DNA from: Coraliomargarita sp.
GTDB lineage: Bacteria; Verrucomicrobiota; Verrucomicrobiia; Opitutales; Coraliomargaritaceae
DNA: 64,000 nucleotides
Direction of reading: 5' to 3'
NCBI GenBank assembly: GCA_965216325.1
Contig: OZ244160.1
Coordinates: 1,568,001 to 1,632,000, forward strand
In this document: piece by piece, positions 11,677-21,798 of the stretch
Layout of the letters: each line of letters starts with the position of its first letter
Numbering within the stretch: the first letter of the stretch is position 1
Program-made: the position numbers and the translations under genes
Notes under the pieces: generated by a model
The model's database searches: none
The model's input: only the letters and a program-made list of their open reading frames with translations
What the model was told of the DNA's origin: nothing

Positions 11677-12276
11677 CTAGTATTTAATGCCACAGCCGTA
11701 AGCAGCCGTGCTGCTAGGATCAACGGGCTTGCCAGCTTTCGCGTTTTCGTAGGCAGCCTTCACGTAATTCGTCGCCTTGGGAATATCCTTCGCCTTCGTT
11801 GACTTAATACTGTCGATGGCTCCCTGGTAGATTAGCACACCTTCGGGATTAATCACGAACATGTGCGGCGTGGCTTTTGCCCCATAGGAACGCCCAACCG
11901 CGCCCGACTCATCCAGCAGCAGTGCGGTTGAGTGGTGTCCACCTTGCGAGCGCAGGAGCTCGCCCTGCTTCGGAGACAAATGCCCCTGCTTGCCCGGAGC
12001 CGATGAATTGATCTGCAACCAAATAGCGCCGTCATCAGTCATCGCCTTTTGTAGCGCTTGCATGTCGCCCTCGCTGTAGTGTTTGGCTACAAAGGGGCAG
12101 CGGTGGTTAGTCCACTCCAGCACCACATACTTGCCCTTAAAATCAGACAAGCTATGCTCGGTGCCGGTGGTGTCAGTAAGTGTGAAATCAGGAGCTACAG
12201 CCCCCGTATCGACTGCAGCGGTAGCAGTGAGAGATAGCGCAACCAGCGCGAGGAATGAGGTCAGTGACTTTTTCAT
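11677..12276 (-). CDS. Exported thioredoxin-like (redoxin/AhpC-TSA) protein
   Basis: Signal peptide, APDFTL, VLEWTNHRCPFV, TPHMFV, YGCGIKY. Confidence 0.88.
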   Translation of the reverse strand: MKKSLTSFLALVALSLTATAAVDTGAVAPDFTLTDTTGTEHSLSDFKGKYVVLEWTNHRCPFVAKHYSEGDMQALQKAMTDDGAIWLQINSSAPGKQGHLSPKQGELLRSQGGHHSTALLLDESGAVGRSYGAKATPHMFVINPEGVLIYQGAIDSIKSTKAKDIPKATNYVKAAYENAKAGKPVDPSSTAAYGCGIKY

Positions 12277-12353
12277 GGTCTTTCAGCAGTTGGAAAGCAG
12301 GCGTCAAAAGTTAACTTTGGTCACAGAATAGGCGGCATTTACATGCACCCGAA

Positions 12354-12389
12354 TCTGATATTCTATCTTCTGACCTCCGGCCTCTGATT
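12354..12389 (-). repeat. Heptamer array between dsbD and redoxin, same family as 841-873
   Basis: tctgata-t-tctatct-tctgacc-tccggcc-tctgatt. Confidence 0.7.
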
Positions 12390-12438
12390 TTTGGTAGGAA
12401 TTGCGCATCGCTCCGATAACGCTACTCCTTACAGAGAA

Positions 12439-14592
12439 TCAGTTCAGGTGTTTTTCAACCGCGCTGCGTATATTTCCCTTCGTGAGCTGCTGTGGCAGCA
12501 CGGTCACCTCACCATCGGCATTATAGAGCAAATACAACGGCACTCCGGCGCGGCCATAGTCCTGCAGCACCGTTGCGATCACTGGATCACGTAAGGTCCA
12601 ATCAGCCTCTAAAGTCACAACGCCGCGCGCCTCAAACAGTTCAGTGATTTCGTCGCTGCGCAACGGGACCTTATTCACCTGGCAAATCGCACACCAACTC
12701 GCGGTAAAATCGACAAAGACGGGATTTCCTTCAACCAGTTCGGTTTCCACTCGTTCGGGAGACCAGGTAGCCCAGGCGCCTGCAGTCTTCACAGTCGAAT
12801 GCGCGCTGACATAGGCAGCCTTGAGCTTTTGTGCGCCCACAAAGGTGCCCCCCACGATTGCCAGCAGTGCCAACGCGAGGGCAATCCGTTGCGTCGACTT
12901 CGGCTTCACCGGGGCGCCCCAGCGACCATAAATCCACGCGCCGATGGCAGCAGCCAAAATCACGATCAAAAGAATCAACATGCCATCCGTGCCCCCGGAC
13001 TTACCAATGATCCAAGCAACCGCGAGCACCGCGAACATCAGCGAGAAGCCCATGATCTGCTTAACCGTCTCCATCCATGCGCCCGGCTTCGGCATAAACT
13101 CAATCAGCTTCGGAAAGATCGCGAACAACAGGAACGGCGACGCCAGGCCGAGGCCCATCGTGCCAAAGACGAGCAGTCCTTGCGGCACCGTCGCCTGGAT
13201 CGCGATACCGCTGACACCTGCAAGTAATGGCCCAATGCACGGTGCGCCCACGACCGCGGCAAACACACCCATGCCAAACGAACCCAACACATCGTTGCGC
13301 TGCGATACCTTGGCATCCGCGCCAACCAGACCCATGCCGACCTCAAACACGCCCAGTAAATTCAAACCGAACACAAAAAACAGCACGCCCAAGGTTAACA
13401 TGAAGCCCGGGCTTTGTAGTTGGAAGCCCCAGCCTACTAATTCCCCTCCAGCACGCAGCGCAAACAACAAGCCCGCCAAGGCGAGGAAACAAACCACCAC
13501 CCCAGCCGTGTAAGCCAAGCCATGCGCCATCGCATGACTGCGCGACTGACCGCTATGCTTCAGTAAAGAAAATACCTTCAGCGACAACACCGGCAACACA
13601 CAGGGCATCACGTTGAGAATCAAACCACCGAGGAAGGCCAGCACCAACCAGCCAACCAGACCCACACTCAACAGGTAGGCCTCAAAACCACTCGCATCCT
13701 CCTCTGTACCAACGGGCGCCTCGACGGCAGCCGCTGTGGAAACCTTCCCGACCAAGGCAGTATTCATCGGCACGCTCACCTCCCAGTAGCTGCCATCCAC
13801 ATACAGCAGTCCCTCAATACGCTCAGGCTGCTGCTCAAAAAACGGCGCACTTAACTCCAGAGTCATTTGCACTGTGCCATCCTCAGCAAAGGCAAGGGCC
13901 TGTTTTGCATCCGGATTAATCAAGCCCACCGGCTCCGCGAAAAAATACACATCCGTGCCGGCTTCAAGCGGCCTGCCATCCAGACTGCGCACGCTGACGA
14001 TCAACTGCTTCACCGCGTCATCCACCACCGAAGCGAGCGCCCATGCTGAATCCGTCAAGGCCAGCTTGGCTCGCGCCGCCGTAAATGCGTCCACATGCTC
14101 ACTTGCTTGACTCTCCGTACCAACAGCCAGGCTCAAGCTCAACTCTGCCTCATCCGGCAGACAAAAATCCTTACAAATCAACCAGCTTGCTTCGACCTTT
14201 AAGTCGACACGCTCTCCAGCAAAATCGGGCGAAATCGTGATCGGCACGAGATAAAGCACTTCGTCTTCGTAACCATAATTAACAAAGATATCGAGGGGGA
14301 TGCGCTCAGGGACCTGCCACTGAATGTCACCAGCAGTCACGCCATCAGGCAGATCCCACTCCAGTTCGATCGGCAAGCCATTCGAGCCCGGATTCGCCCA
14401 ATAGAGGTGCCAGTGTGGCTCGAGGACAAAGCGTAGGGCCACATCTACCGTATCACCCGCCACGACCTGTTGTTGCTCCGCAATCAACTCAACCGTCGCA
14501 CTCTCCACCTCAATCAGCTCCGCTCGCAATGCTAGCAATGGCATTAGCATCAAGCCCAACAGAGAGAATACTCGTAATTTTAAAAGTCGCAT
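12439..14592 (-). CDS. dsbD: Protein-disulfide reductase DsbD/ScsB family
   Basis: WHLYWANPG, CKDFC, LNVMPCVLPV, APCIGP, DFTASWCAIC. Confidence 0.92.
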   Translation of the reverse strand: MRLLKLRVFSLLGLMLMPLLALRAELIEVESATVELIAEQQQVVAGDTVDVALRFVLEPHWHLYWANPGSNGLPIELEWDLPDGVTAGDIQWQVPERIPLDIFVNYGYEDEVLYLVPITISPDFAGERVDLKVEASWLICKDFCLPDEAELSLSLAVGTESQASEHVDAFTAARAKLALTDSAWALASVVDDAVKQLIVSVRSLDGRPLEAGTDVYFFAEPVGLINPDAKQALAFAEDGTVQMTLELSAPFFEQQPERIEGLLYVDGSYWEVSVPMNTALVGKVSTAAAVEAPVGTEEDASGFEAYLLSVGLVGWLVLAFLGGLILNVMPCVLPVLSLKVFSLLKHSGQSRSHAMAHGLAYTAGVVVCFLALAGLLFALRAGGELVGWGFQLQSPGFMLTLGVLFFVFGLNLLGVFEVGMGLVGADAKVSQRNDVLGSFGMGVFAAVVGAPCIGPLLAGVSGIAIQATVPQGLLVFGTMGLGLASPFLLFAIFPKLIEFMPKPGAWMETVKQIMGFSLMFAVLAVAWIIGKSGGTDGMLILLIVILAAAIGAWIYGRWGAPVKPKSTQRIALALALLAIVGGTFVGAQKLKAAYVSAHSTVKTAGAWATWSPERVETELVEGNPVFVDFTASWCAICQVNKVPLRSDEITELFEARGVVTLEADWTLRDPVIATVLQDYGRAGVPLYLLYNADGEVTVLPQQLTKGNIRSAVEKHLN

Positions 14593-14658
14593 AGAGCACA
14601 AGATAGCTCAGCTGATGTTTTATTCCAGCTTTCTAAACCGCTCTTTCTCCACTCAAAG

Positions 14659-14761
14659 GTAGGGGCGCGACTTGCCTGCCCTGAGCCTGTCGAAGGAGAC
14701 GCGCCCACCCGAGCATCAACACCAAGCACGCAAAACGGGCGTGCAGAACGCCCACCCCTAC
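14659..14761. repeat. REP-like doublet (3318 family) carrying a 24-nt insertion
   Basis: gtaggggcgcgacttg[cctgccctgagcctgtcgaaggag]acgcgccc ... cgggcgtgcagaacgcccacccctac. Confidence 0.8.
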
Positions 14762-14770
14762 AATTCCACC

Positions 14771-15721
14771 TCATCGCAATACCCGCTTGACCGTTACGCT
14801 CGGCAACTCACCAAAGCTGCGCTTATAATCCGCTGAGAACTGCCCCATGTGCCAGAAGCCCCACTCTGCGGCTACATCACCAATCGACCGCTGCGGCTGC
14901 CGCAAAAGATCCCGTCGCACACCCTGTAGGCGCCGATGCTGGAGATACTGCTTCGGTGTCATGTGCAATTGCTGTTTAAAGGTATACTGCAAGGTGCGCT
15001 CACTTGTGCCAGCAATACGGCAAAGCTCATCGAGTGTGATCGGCTCTCGCAGATGCTGGTCCACATAGGCCAATACTTCTCTGAGAACACGCATCCGCGA
15101 CGAATTCCTTGAAGCTTTCTTGAGTGTCCCGGGCCTGCTCCATACATTCAGCATCAAACTGAGCAACTGATCCAAGCCCTCGCTAATACGCTGCTGATTC
15201 CGCAGAAATTGGTCGTCCGATAATTGATGTATGCGATTCAACTGCATCCGCATGGCCAGTAACGCACGCGAATCCACGTGACACAACTCGTAGCGGTTCA
15301 ACAACTGGGCCCCATCCGATAACTCTAGCTGCTCCAACTTCTTCGCAATGCGCTCTTCCGAAATCGTCACCGTCAGAATATCAAAACAAGTATTCGACAT
15401 CGACTCCAGCTGACGATCCTTCGGGAAACACATCAACTGATCGCCGCCCACTTGATGGCCACGCCAATTCAGATTCAAATTCGGGGTGTTCGGAAGGACA
15501 AAGGTCCGGCCGCCTTCAGGCGCAAGCCCGCGCTGATGCAAGCGACTCCGAAATCGTGCCTTGCCCAATTGAAAGTCCGGCAATCCGACCTGACTAAGCT
15601 GTGCATCAAAGCCACCACCCTCCAGCTGGCAGAAGTCCAAATCCCACGCCCGAGTGGACTCAGTGAAATGGTCCACATCGTCGAAGTGCATCTGAAACTT
15701 ATAGCTGGTCGAGACGGACAT
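14771..15721 (-). CDS. AraC family transcriptional regulator (EutR-like), divergent from the sulfatase cluster
   Basis: SERTLQYTF..MTPKQYL..RRL and VAAEWGFWHMGQFS..YK..FGELPS HTH motifs. Confidence 0.9.
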   Translation of the reverse strand: MSVSTSYKFQMHFDDVDHFTESTRAWDLDFCQLEGGGFDAQLSQVGLPDFQLGKARFRSRLHQRGLAPEGGRTFVLPNTPNLNLNWRGHQVGGDQLMCFPKDRQLESMSNTCFDILTVTISEERIAKKLEQLELSDGAQLLNRYELCHVDSRALLAMRMQLNRIHQLSDDQFLRNQQRISEGLDQLLSLMLNVWSRPGTLKKASRNSSRMRVLREVLAYVDQHLREPITLDELCRIAGTSERTLQYTFKQQLHMTPKQYLQHRRLQGVRRDLLRQPQRSIGDVAAEWGFWHMGQFSADYKRSFGELPSVTVKRVLR

Positions 15722-15965
15722 CAGGGCAGGTCAATTTTGCGGTTTTTTGATAGTCAGGCAGTAAATTGCTTAGAGTGCGTCGGACGTGTTACCGAAGCGT
15801 TATAAACTTCTCGCCCAAAGCGCAAATAAAGACTCCGGAATTTGACTCATATCTGAGCTAAAGCATGATTGAGAGCACTGCTTTACTGATTTCGACATGG
15901 TTGACGCCGCGCTCAATACAGCCCGTAGCAACCACTACGCTCACCCAACAACTACACCACACGAT

Positions 15966-17660
15966 ATGAAGCTAAAGGCCACCCTCACTGCGGTCTCTGC
16001 GCTAGGATTTGCTGCCAGCGCTCAAGCCGCCGAACTGATCCACGACGCCGAACACTACCTCCTCGAAGCGCAACACGGCGACCGTTGGGCACAAGAAGAT
16101 GCCGACATCACCAAGAAGCTTGCTGCACTTGAAGCGAAGCACGGCACTCGCCCCAACATCATCCACATAATGTGGGACGATATTGCCCTCGGAGAGATCG
16201 GCATTCCTGAAATTCAGAAAGTGCGTGGCTTTGAAACACCGCATATGAATAAGATGGCCGAAGACGGCATCAACTTCATGCGTATGTATACCGAGCCCGC
16301 CTGCACACCGACTCGCGCGGCCTTCCAAACCGGCCGTTATGCGATCCGCAGCGGCATGCACACCGTCTCCTTCCCCGTGGAATACTCCGGCATGGATGCC
16401 GACGAAGTGACCATCGCTGAAGTGCTCAGCAACGAGGGCTACATGACTGCCTTCCACGGCAAATGGCACCTCGGCGACACCGAGTTCAGCTATTGCCACA
16501 AGCAGGGCTATGACGAGGCCTTGTTCACGCCTTACAATCAGGTCCCGAGCATGTGGCAGCCTCAAGCGGAAGCCATGAATGTCATCACCGGCCTCTTCCC
16601 TGAACTCTACGGTGAGGACAAATACGAACTCGATCGTTCACATTGGCCGGTAGGCTCTGTGTGGGCACTCGAAGGCAAAAAGTCAGATGGCAAGACCTAC
16701 GAGTGGCGCGATACTGCCGAAGGCACCAACTATTGGGATCTGATCACCGAAACGCGCTCCCGCACACTCGACTTCATCGACCGTGCCGTGGAGGCGAAGA
16801 AGCCATTCTTCATCGCGCACCATCCGATCATGACTTCCTTCATTCCGGATCCGCGCAATCCAAAGAAGAGCTCTGCCAATAAGAACATTCCAGCCGAGTC
16901 ACTTGAAGACATCGACAGCTTCGTGGGTGAACTCCTTGCACACCTCGAAGAGAAGGGCATCGCCGAAAACACATTGGTAATCGTGCAGGCTGACAACGGC
17001 CCCTTCATTCACTACGGCCCGCGCGGCATGGTCGAAACGCTCTACTCTGGCGGCAAGGGTGACTTCACCGAAGGTGGCGTCCGCGTGCCCTGTATCGCGG
17101 TTTGGCCCGGAGTGATTGAGCCCGGTCAAATCGTTGGCGACATGCTGCATGTGTCCGATTTGTTCACAACATTCGCACGCCTTGGCGGCGCGATGGACCA
17201 CATTCCTACTGACCGCGTGATCGATGGTGTTGATCAGACCTCACTCTTCCTCAACGGAGACGGCTACAGTCGCCGCGACTATGTTATGATCTACGTTGGA
17301 CCTGCACTTGCCGCAGGCGTGAAAGGCCGCTTCAAGCGCGACTGGAAAAACGCCACTCCGGGCCTCTCCAAGAACGAGTTCTACGACCTCTACACTGACC
17401 CACGTGAGCGCACCGGTGAAATGATTCAGCAGTTCCACGTGAAGAGCATGTTCAACCGCCAGCGTCAGCGTCACGAAATGTGGATCGAAAAGTATCCAAA
17501 CCGCCCCGACGCAACCCGCGGACCTGCTCTCACCGGCATTGAAAACGTCCGACCTGAAACGGAGAAGATCTCAACCTGGCCGGTTGATCCGGCGAAGCTG
17601 CCATTCGACCCAGCTGACGTGCTGGATCACGACCTTCCATTCACAGGGAGCGACCTTTAA
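15966..17660 (+). CDS. Secreted sulfatase-family hydrolase 1
   Basis: Signal peptide, PNIIHIMWDD, CTPTRAAFQTGR, GKWHLG, DNG, GGKG..EGGVRVP. Confidence 0.92.
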   Translation: MKLKATLTAVSALGFAASAQAAELIHDAEHYLLEAQHGDRWAQEDADITKKLAALEAKHGTRPNIIHIMWDDIALGEIGIPEIQKVRGFETPHMNKMAEDGINFMRMYTEPACTPTRAAFQTGRYAIRSGMHTVSFPVEYSGMDADEVTIAEVLSNEGYMTAFHGKWHLGDTEFSYCHKQGYDEALFTPYNQVPSMWQPQAEAMNVITGLFPELYGEDKYELDRSHWPVGSVWALEGKKSDGKTYEWRDTAEGTNYWDLITETRSRTLDFIDRAVEAKKPFFIAHHPIMTSFIPDPRNPKKSSANKNIPAESLEDIDSFVGELLAHLEEKGIAENTLVIVQADNGPFIHYGPRGMVETLYSGGKGDFTEGGVRVPCIAVWPGVIEPGQIVGDMLHVSDLFTTFARLGGAMDHIPTDRVIDGVDQTSLFLNGDGYSRRDYVMIYVGPALAAGVKGRFKRDWKNATPGLSKNEFYDLYTDPRERTGEMIQQFHVKSMFNRQRQRHEMWIEKYPNRPDATRGPALTGIENVRPETEKISTWPVDPAKLPFDPADVLDHDLPFTGSDL

Positions 17661-17682
17661 TTCAACTCGAAGTATTTCGAAC

Positions 17683-17712
17683 AAGAGCCCGCGGCATCAT
17701 CGCGGGCTCTTT
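17683..17712 (+). terminator. Hairpin / possible terminator after sulfatase 1
   Basis: aagagcccgcg / cgcgggctctt stem, short T run. Confidence 0.6.
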
Positions 17713-17721
17713 CATCCATTC

Positions 17722-18111
17722 ATGAAGATCGAACATCTCGCTATTTGGGCACAAGATCTGGAACGCTTGAAGGCCTTCTACGAAACCTACTTTGCAGCCG
17801 TCTCAAATGAGAAATACGTCAACCCAAGCAAAGGCTTTGAATCCTACTTCCTAAGTTTTGAGGATGGTGGTCGCCTTGAGATCATGCAGATGACCAGCAT
17901 TCCGGAATCTAAAAACGATCCGATACAACAAGCTACTGGCATCGCTCATTTCGCCTTTAGTCTGGGCTCAGAACAGCGAGTCAACGAGCTCACCGCTCAA
18001 CTCAAAGCAGACGGCTATAGAGTGATGGACGGCCCACGTCACACGGGCGACGGCTATTACGAAAGTGCTATATTGGACCCCGAGAACAACCGCATCGAGC
18101 TAACCGTATAA
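17722..18111 (+). CDS. VOC/glyoxalase family protein
   Basis: MKIEHLAIW, RLEIM, HFAFSLGS, GDGYYES..DPENNRIE. Confidence 0.9.
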   Translation: MKIEHLAIWAQDLERLKAFYETYFAAVSNEKYVNPSKGFESYFLSFEDGGRLEIMQMTSIPESKNDPIQQATGIAHFAFSLGSEQRVNELTAQLKADGYRVMDGPRHTGDGYYESAILDPENNRIELTV

Positions 18112-18127
18112 TCTATCTGGGCGCACC

Positions 18128-19012
18128 ATGATCAAAGCACCCTCACTCATCACACTTTGCCTAACTACCACACTCGCAGCACATGGAGAAGCAGCCGACC
18201 AAGAAGCGCTCTCCCAACAGGAACTCGCCAAAGCCTCCCAGAATCCAATCGGTAACCTCATTAGCGTTCCCTTCGAAAACACCATCTACTTCGACATTGG
18301 CCCCTCGGATTCCACAGTCTTTTCAACCACGATGAAACCGGTGTATCCGGTAAATTTCGGGGATATCAATCTCATCAACCGCTTTATCATTCCATACATA
18401 TACGCGGAAGGTCAGGATAAGGACGACCTTGAGGATTTAATTCCGGAGGATGGTGACGGCGGATTCGACCCCGGCTTCGGCTCCACCATCAACGCTGCAA
18501 CTGGTAGCGCCAACGGTCTCGGCGACGTCACCTATCAAGGCTTCTTCACCGATGCCACACCGGGCCCCATTCTCTGGGGAATCGGTCCCGCCATCACCTT
18601 TCCCACCCACACCGAAGACCGCTTCGGCTCCGATAAGGTGTCTGCAGGCCCCTCGATTGTGGTGCTCGCCAAACCGGGTAAGTGGCTCTTCGGCACCCTC
18701 GTGCAACACCAATGGGATGTTGCGGGCAGCAGCGGCGCAGACGATGTGCACAAAACCAGCATGCAGATCTTTGTAAACTACAACCTGAGCGATGGCTGGT
18801 ATCTCACCAGCGCACCGACGATCACCGCGAATTGGGAGGCCGACAGCGATAATCGCTGGAAAGTCCCCCTCGGAGGAGGCGTCGGCAAACTCCACCGCTT
18901 CGGCAAGATGCCGGTCGACTTCAAGTTGATCGGTTACTCCAACGTCGAGCAATCCGACTTCGGACCCGATTACGAAATTATGTTCAGCGTCAAATTCCTG
19001 TTCCCGAAATGA
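18128..19012 (+). CDS. Outer-membrane beta-barrel protein (phenol MetA-pathway / 'neuromedin U'-like family)
   Basis: Signal peptide, LAKASQNPIGNLISVPF, GLGD, WGIGP..FPT, C-terminal KFLFPK. Confidence 0.7.
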   Translation: MIKAPSLITLCLTTTLAAHGEAADQEALSQQELAKASQNPIGNLISVPFENTIYFDIGPSDSTVFSTTMKPVYPVNFGDINLINRFIIPYIYAEGQDKDDLEDLIPEDGDGGFDPGFGSTINAATGSANGLGDVTYQGFFTDATPGPILWGIGPAITFPTHTEDRFGSDKVSAGPSIVVLAKPGKWLFGTLVQHQWDVAGSSGADDVHKTSMQIFVNYNLSDGWYLTSAPTITANWEADSDNRWKVPLGGGVGKLHRFGKMPVDFKLIGYSNVEQSDFGPDYEIMFSVKFLFPK

Positions 19013-19038
19013 TTGAATCAACACCACTACCGACTACC

Positions 19039-20685
19039 ATGAAAACGACACTCACCACTCTACTCACCCTAGCGGTAGGCATCTCACTAAGCCATGCCGC
19101 GGATCCAATTATTCACGACGGCGAGTTCAACTTCGTCAAAGCACAATACGCAGACCAATGGGCTGCCGAGGACAAAGAGATCGAAGCGAAGCTTGCGGAC
19201 ATCCGAGAGGCCAATGGCGGCAAGCGCCCCAACATTCTCTACATTTTGATCGACGACGTCAGCTTCGGCCAGATGGGCAGTAAGAAGATGAATTACGTCA
19301 TGGGCATTGAAACGCCCAACCTGAATCAACTGTCCAAGGAAAGCCTTAACTTGATGCGGATGTATACCGAGCCGTCCTGCACACCGACTCGCGCGGCCTT
19401 TCTAACAGGACGCCATCCAGTGCGATCCGGGATCAAGGAAGTGAAGGTCGCACTCGTCGGCGAGGGACTCCCAGCAAACGAAGTGACCATCGCAGAAGTG
19501 CTTAAGGCAGCAGGCTACAACACCGCGCACATTGGTAAATGGCACCAAGGCGACATCGAAGAGGCCTACCCGCACAATCAAGGCTTTGATTATGCCGCAT
19601 TCCCACTGCATCAGCAGGTGCAACTCACCGTCATGACGCCCGAGTCTGGCTACGCCAACAACCAGTTTGGTTACAACCGTATCCTGCAAAACGACCGCTA
19701 TGAGGTAGATAAGAAATTCCGCCCATTCGGTCTAGTCACAGGCGTCGAAGCGGAAGCGGGTGGACTTGCACGTGAAGTCGATCTCGAACCCGGCGAAGAA
19801 TGGACACATCAACACTACGTCGAAATGAATGAGCGCTATCAGCGCCAGATTCTCGAGCAAGTGGATACCTTAGCGGCAAAGGACGAGCCCTTCTTCCTCC
19901 AATACTGGCCACTCTATCCGCTCAACTTCGTCAACGAGCCAAACCCTCAATCACTCAACGCAGGCTTTCATGCTGAAAAGCTGCAACTATTGGATGGCTG
20001 GATCGGCGACCTACTGGACCGCCTTGAAGCAACCGGCGAGGCCGACAACACCATCGTCGTGTTCATGGCCGACAACGGCCTCATGTATCATTACGAAGGC
20101 ACCTCCGGCCTCAATCAGCTGATCTATCGTGGCGGTAAAACCGACTTCACCGAGGGCGCTTTACGTGTCGATGCCTTTGTCCGTTGGCCCGGTGTATTGG
20201 AAGCAGAAAGCTATGTTGGCGACATCGTTCACGTTTCCGACCTCTACACCACCTTCGCACGCATCGCTCAAGCAACTGACTACATTCCGCGTGATCGCAT
20301 CATTGACGGCATCGACCAAACCGCATTGCTGCTTAACGGCGAAACACACGGCCGTCGCGACTACGTCTATGTCTATCAAAACGATATTCTTCGCGCCGTC
20401 GTGAAGCAGGAGTATAAGATGCACACACCGGCACCCGGCATGCCCGGAGCGGCCGCTCCAGTCTTCAACCTATATCGCGACCCGCGCGAAGAGCATCCGC
20501 AAATTGGCACCGCTCTGTGGTCGGGTGCCAGCTTTCAAGACATGGTCTACCGCCACATGTTAATGATCGGAAAGTATCCGCACAACCAGCTGGGTAAAGG
20601 TGTGCCCTATGAAGGCATCGAAAACCTCCGACCTGAAAGCGTCGAGACCGTTGAAACGTTCATGTCGTGGAAGCCTCAGAAGTAG
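19039..20685 (+). CDS. Secreted sulfatase-family hydrolase 2
   Basis: Signal peptide, PNILYILIDD, CTPTRAAFLTGR, GKWHQG, DNG, GGK. Confidence 0.92.
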   Translation: MKTTLTTLLTLAVGISLSHAADPIIHDGEFNFVKAQYADQWAAEDKEIEAKLADIREANGGKRPNILYILIDDVSFGQMGSKKMNYVMGIETPNLNQLSKESLNLMRMYTEPSCTPTRAAFLTGRHPVRSGIKEVKVALVGEGLPANEVTIAEVLKAAGYNTAHIGKWHQGDIEEAYPHNQGFDYAAFPLHQQVQLTVMTPESGYANNQFGYNRILQNDRYEVDKKFRPFGLVTGVEAEAGGLAREVDLEPGEEWTHQHYVEMNERYQRQILEQVDTLAAKDEPFFLQYWPLYPLNFVNEPNPQSLNAGFHAEKLQLLDGWIGDLLDRLEATGEADNTIVVFMADNGLMYHYEGTSGLNQLIYRGGKTDFTEGALRVDAFVRWPGVLEAESYVGDIVHVSDLYTTFARIAQATDYIPRDRIIDGIDQTALLLNGETHGRRDYVYVYQNDILRAVVKQEYKMHTPAPGMPGAAAPVFNLYRDPREEHPQIGTALWSGASFQDMVYRHMLMIGKYPHNQLGKGVPYEGIENLRPESVETVETFMSWKPQK

Positions 20686-20731
20686 GCGCTCACGACCCCA
20701 CTGAATTAACGGTTCTCCTTTTCCAAGAGAC

Positions 20732-21628
20732 ATGACCACTCGTTCTTACTTACACCTAAGCACACTCCTCTCAATCACTGCGGTATTCGTTGACTGCTCA
20801 CCGACAGCGGAGGAATCCTCAGCGTCCGACACACCCGTTCGCCATATCCAACTCGAAGGCGAACCCAACTTCCGCGATCTCGGTGGTTACAAAACCGTCG
20901 ACGGTCGCACCGTCATATGGCGACAAGTCTTCCGCACGGGAGAACTCGGCAAATTGACCGATGCCGATGTCGAGAAACTCGAAGAGCTCAAACTGAAGAC
21001 CATGGTCAATTTCCTCTTGCCCGCAGAGATTGAACAACACGGAGAAGACCGCCTTCCCGAAGGCACCGAATCCATTCTCGATCCAATTACAGGCGAGCGC
21101 TCCGCTGAACTCTCGCTCGTGGCACAGAACGCGATCATGACCGCCAACTTCGACGTACTCCCCGCAGAGATCAACCTCGAGATTCACGCGATTTTGATGG
21201 ACGAAGCAAAAGAGCAATATGCTCGGCTCCTCCGCACGCTCGCGGATCCCGACAAACGCCCCGCAGCCTTTCACTGCTCTCACGGCGTGCACCGCACTGG
21301 CACCGCGAGCGCCATTCTCTTGAGTGCACTCGGCGTCCCTTGGGAAACCATTCGTCAGGACTACGTGCTCACCAATGAGGTGCGCGCGGATTACAACGAA
21401 GCCACCTTCGAAAAACTGCGTGCCATGGCCGCCAAGAAGAGAAATACTGCACCCGACGAGGTCGACATGACGAACCTCAAAGCCTTCTACATACTCGAAG
21501 GTGCCTACATCGATGGCGCACTCAAAGCCGCTGAAGCTGAATACGGATCGATGGAAGCTTACATCCGCGATGGACTCGGCATTAGTGACCAAGAAATCCA
21601 AGCACTCCGCGCTGAATTACTCGAATAA
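20732..21628 (+). CDS. Tyrosine-phosphatase family protein (Y_phosphatase3/PtpB-like), probably exported
   Basis: NFRDLGGY, P-loop HCSHGVHRTG, LSALGVP..IRQDY..TN, YGSMEAYIRDGLG. Confidence 0.88.
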   Translation: MTTRSYLHLSTLLSITAVFVDCSPTAEESSASDTPVRHIQLEGEPNFRDLGGYKTVDGRTVIWRQVFRTGELGKLTDADVEKLEELKLKTMVNFLLPAEIEQHGEDRLPEGTESILDPITGERSAELSLVAQNAIMTANFDVLPAEINLEIHAILMDEAKEQYARLLRTLADPDKRPAAFHCSHGVHRTGTASAILLSALGVPWETIRQDYVLTNEVRADYNEATFEKLRAMAAKKRNTAPDEVDMTNLKAFYILEGAYIDGALKAAEAEYGSMEAYIRDGLGISDQEIQALRAELLE

Positions 21629-21633
21629 GCAAC

Positions 21634-21732
21634 TGGAGGGCAACGCTCTTCAAGCCTGAGCCTGTCGATGGCGTCGTTGCCACCTCAGCACAAACTTACA
21701 ACCCCATGGCAATGACGGAGCATTGCCCTCCA
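21634..21732. repeat. REP-like doublet carrying a ~23-nt insertion
   Basis: tggagggcaacgctct[tcaagcctgagcctgtcgatggc]gtcgttgcca ... tggcaatgacggagcattgccctcca. Confidence 0.8.
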
Positions 21733-21798
21733 GCAAACGTAGAACAGATTTGATTTAAGCCATATCTTCGCCAAGCTAAGCAGAGCGATCTAATCATT

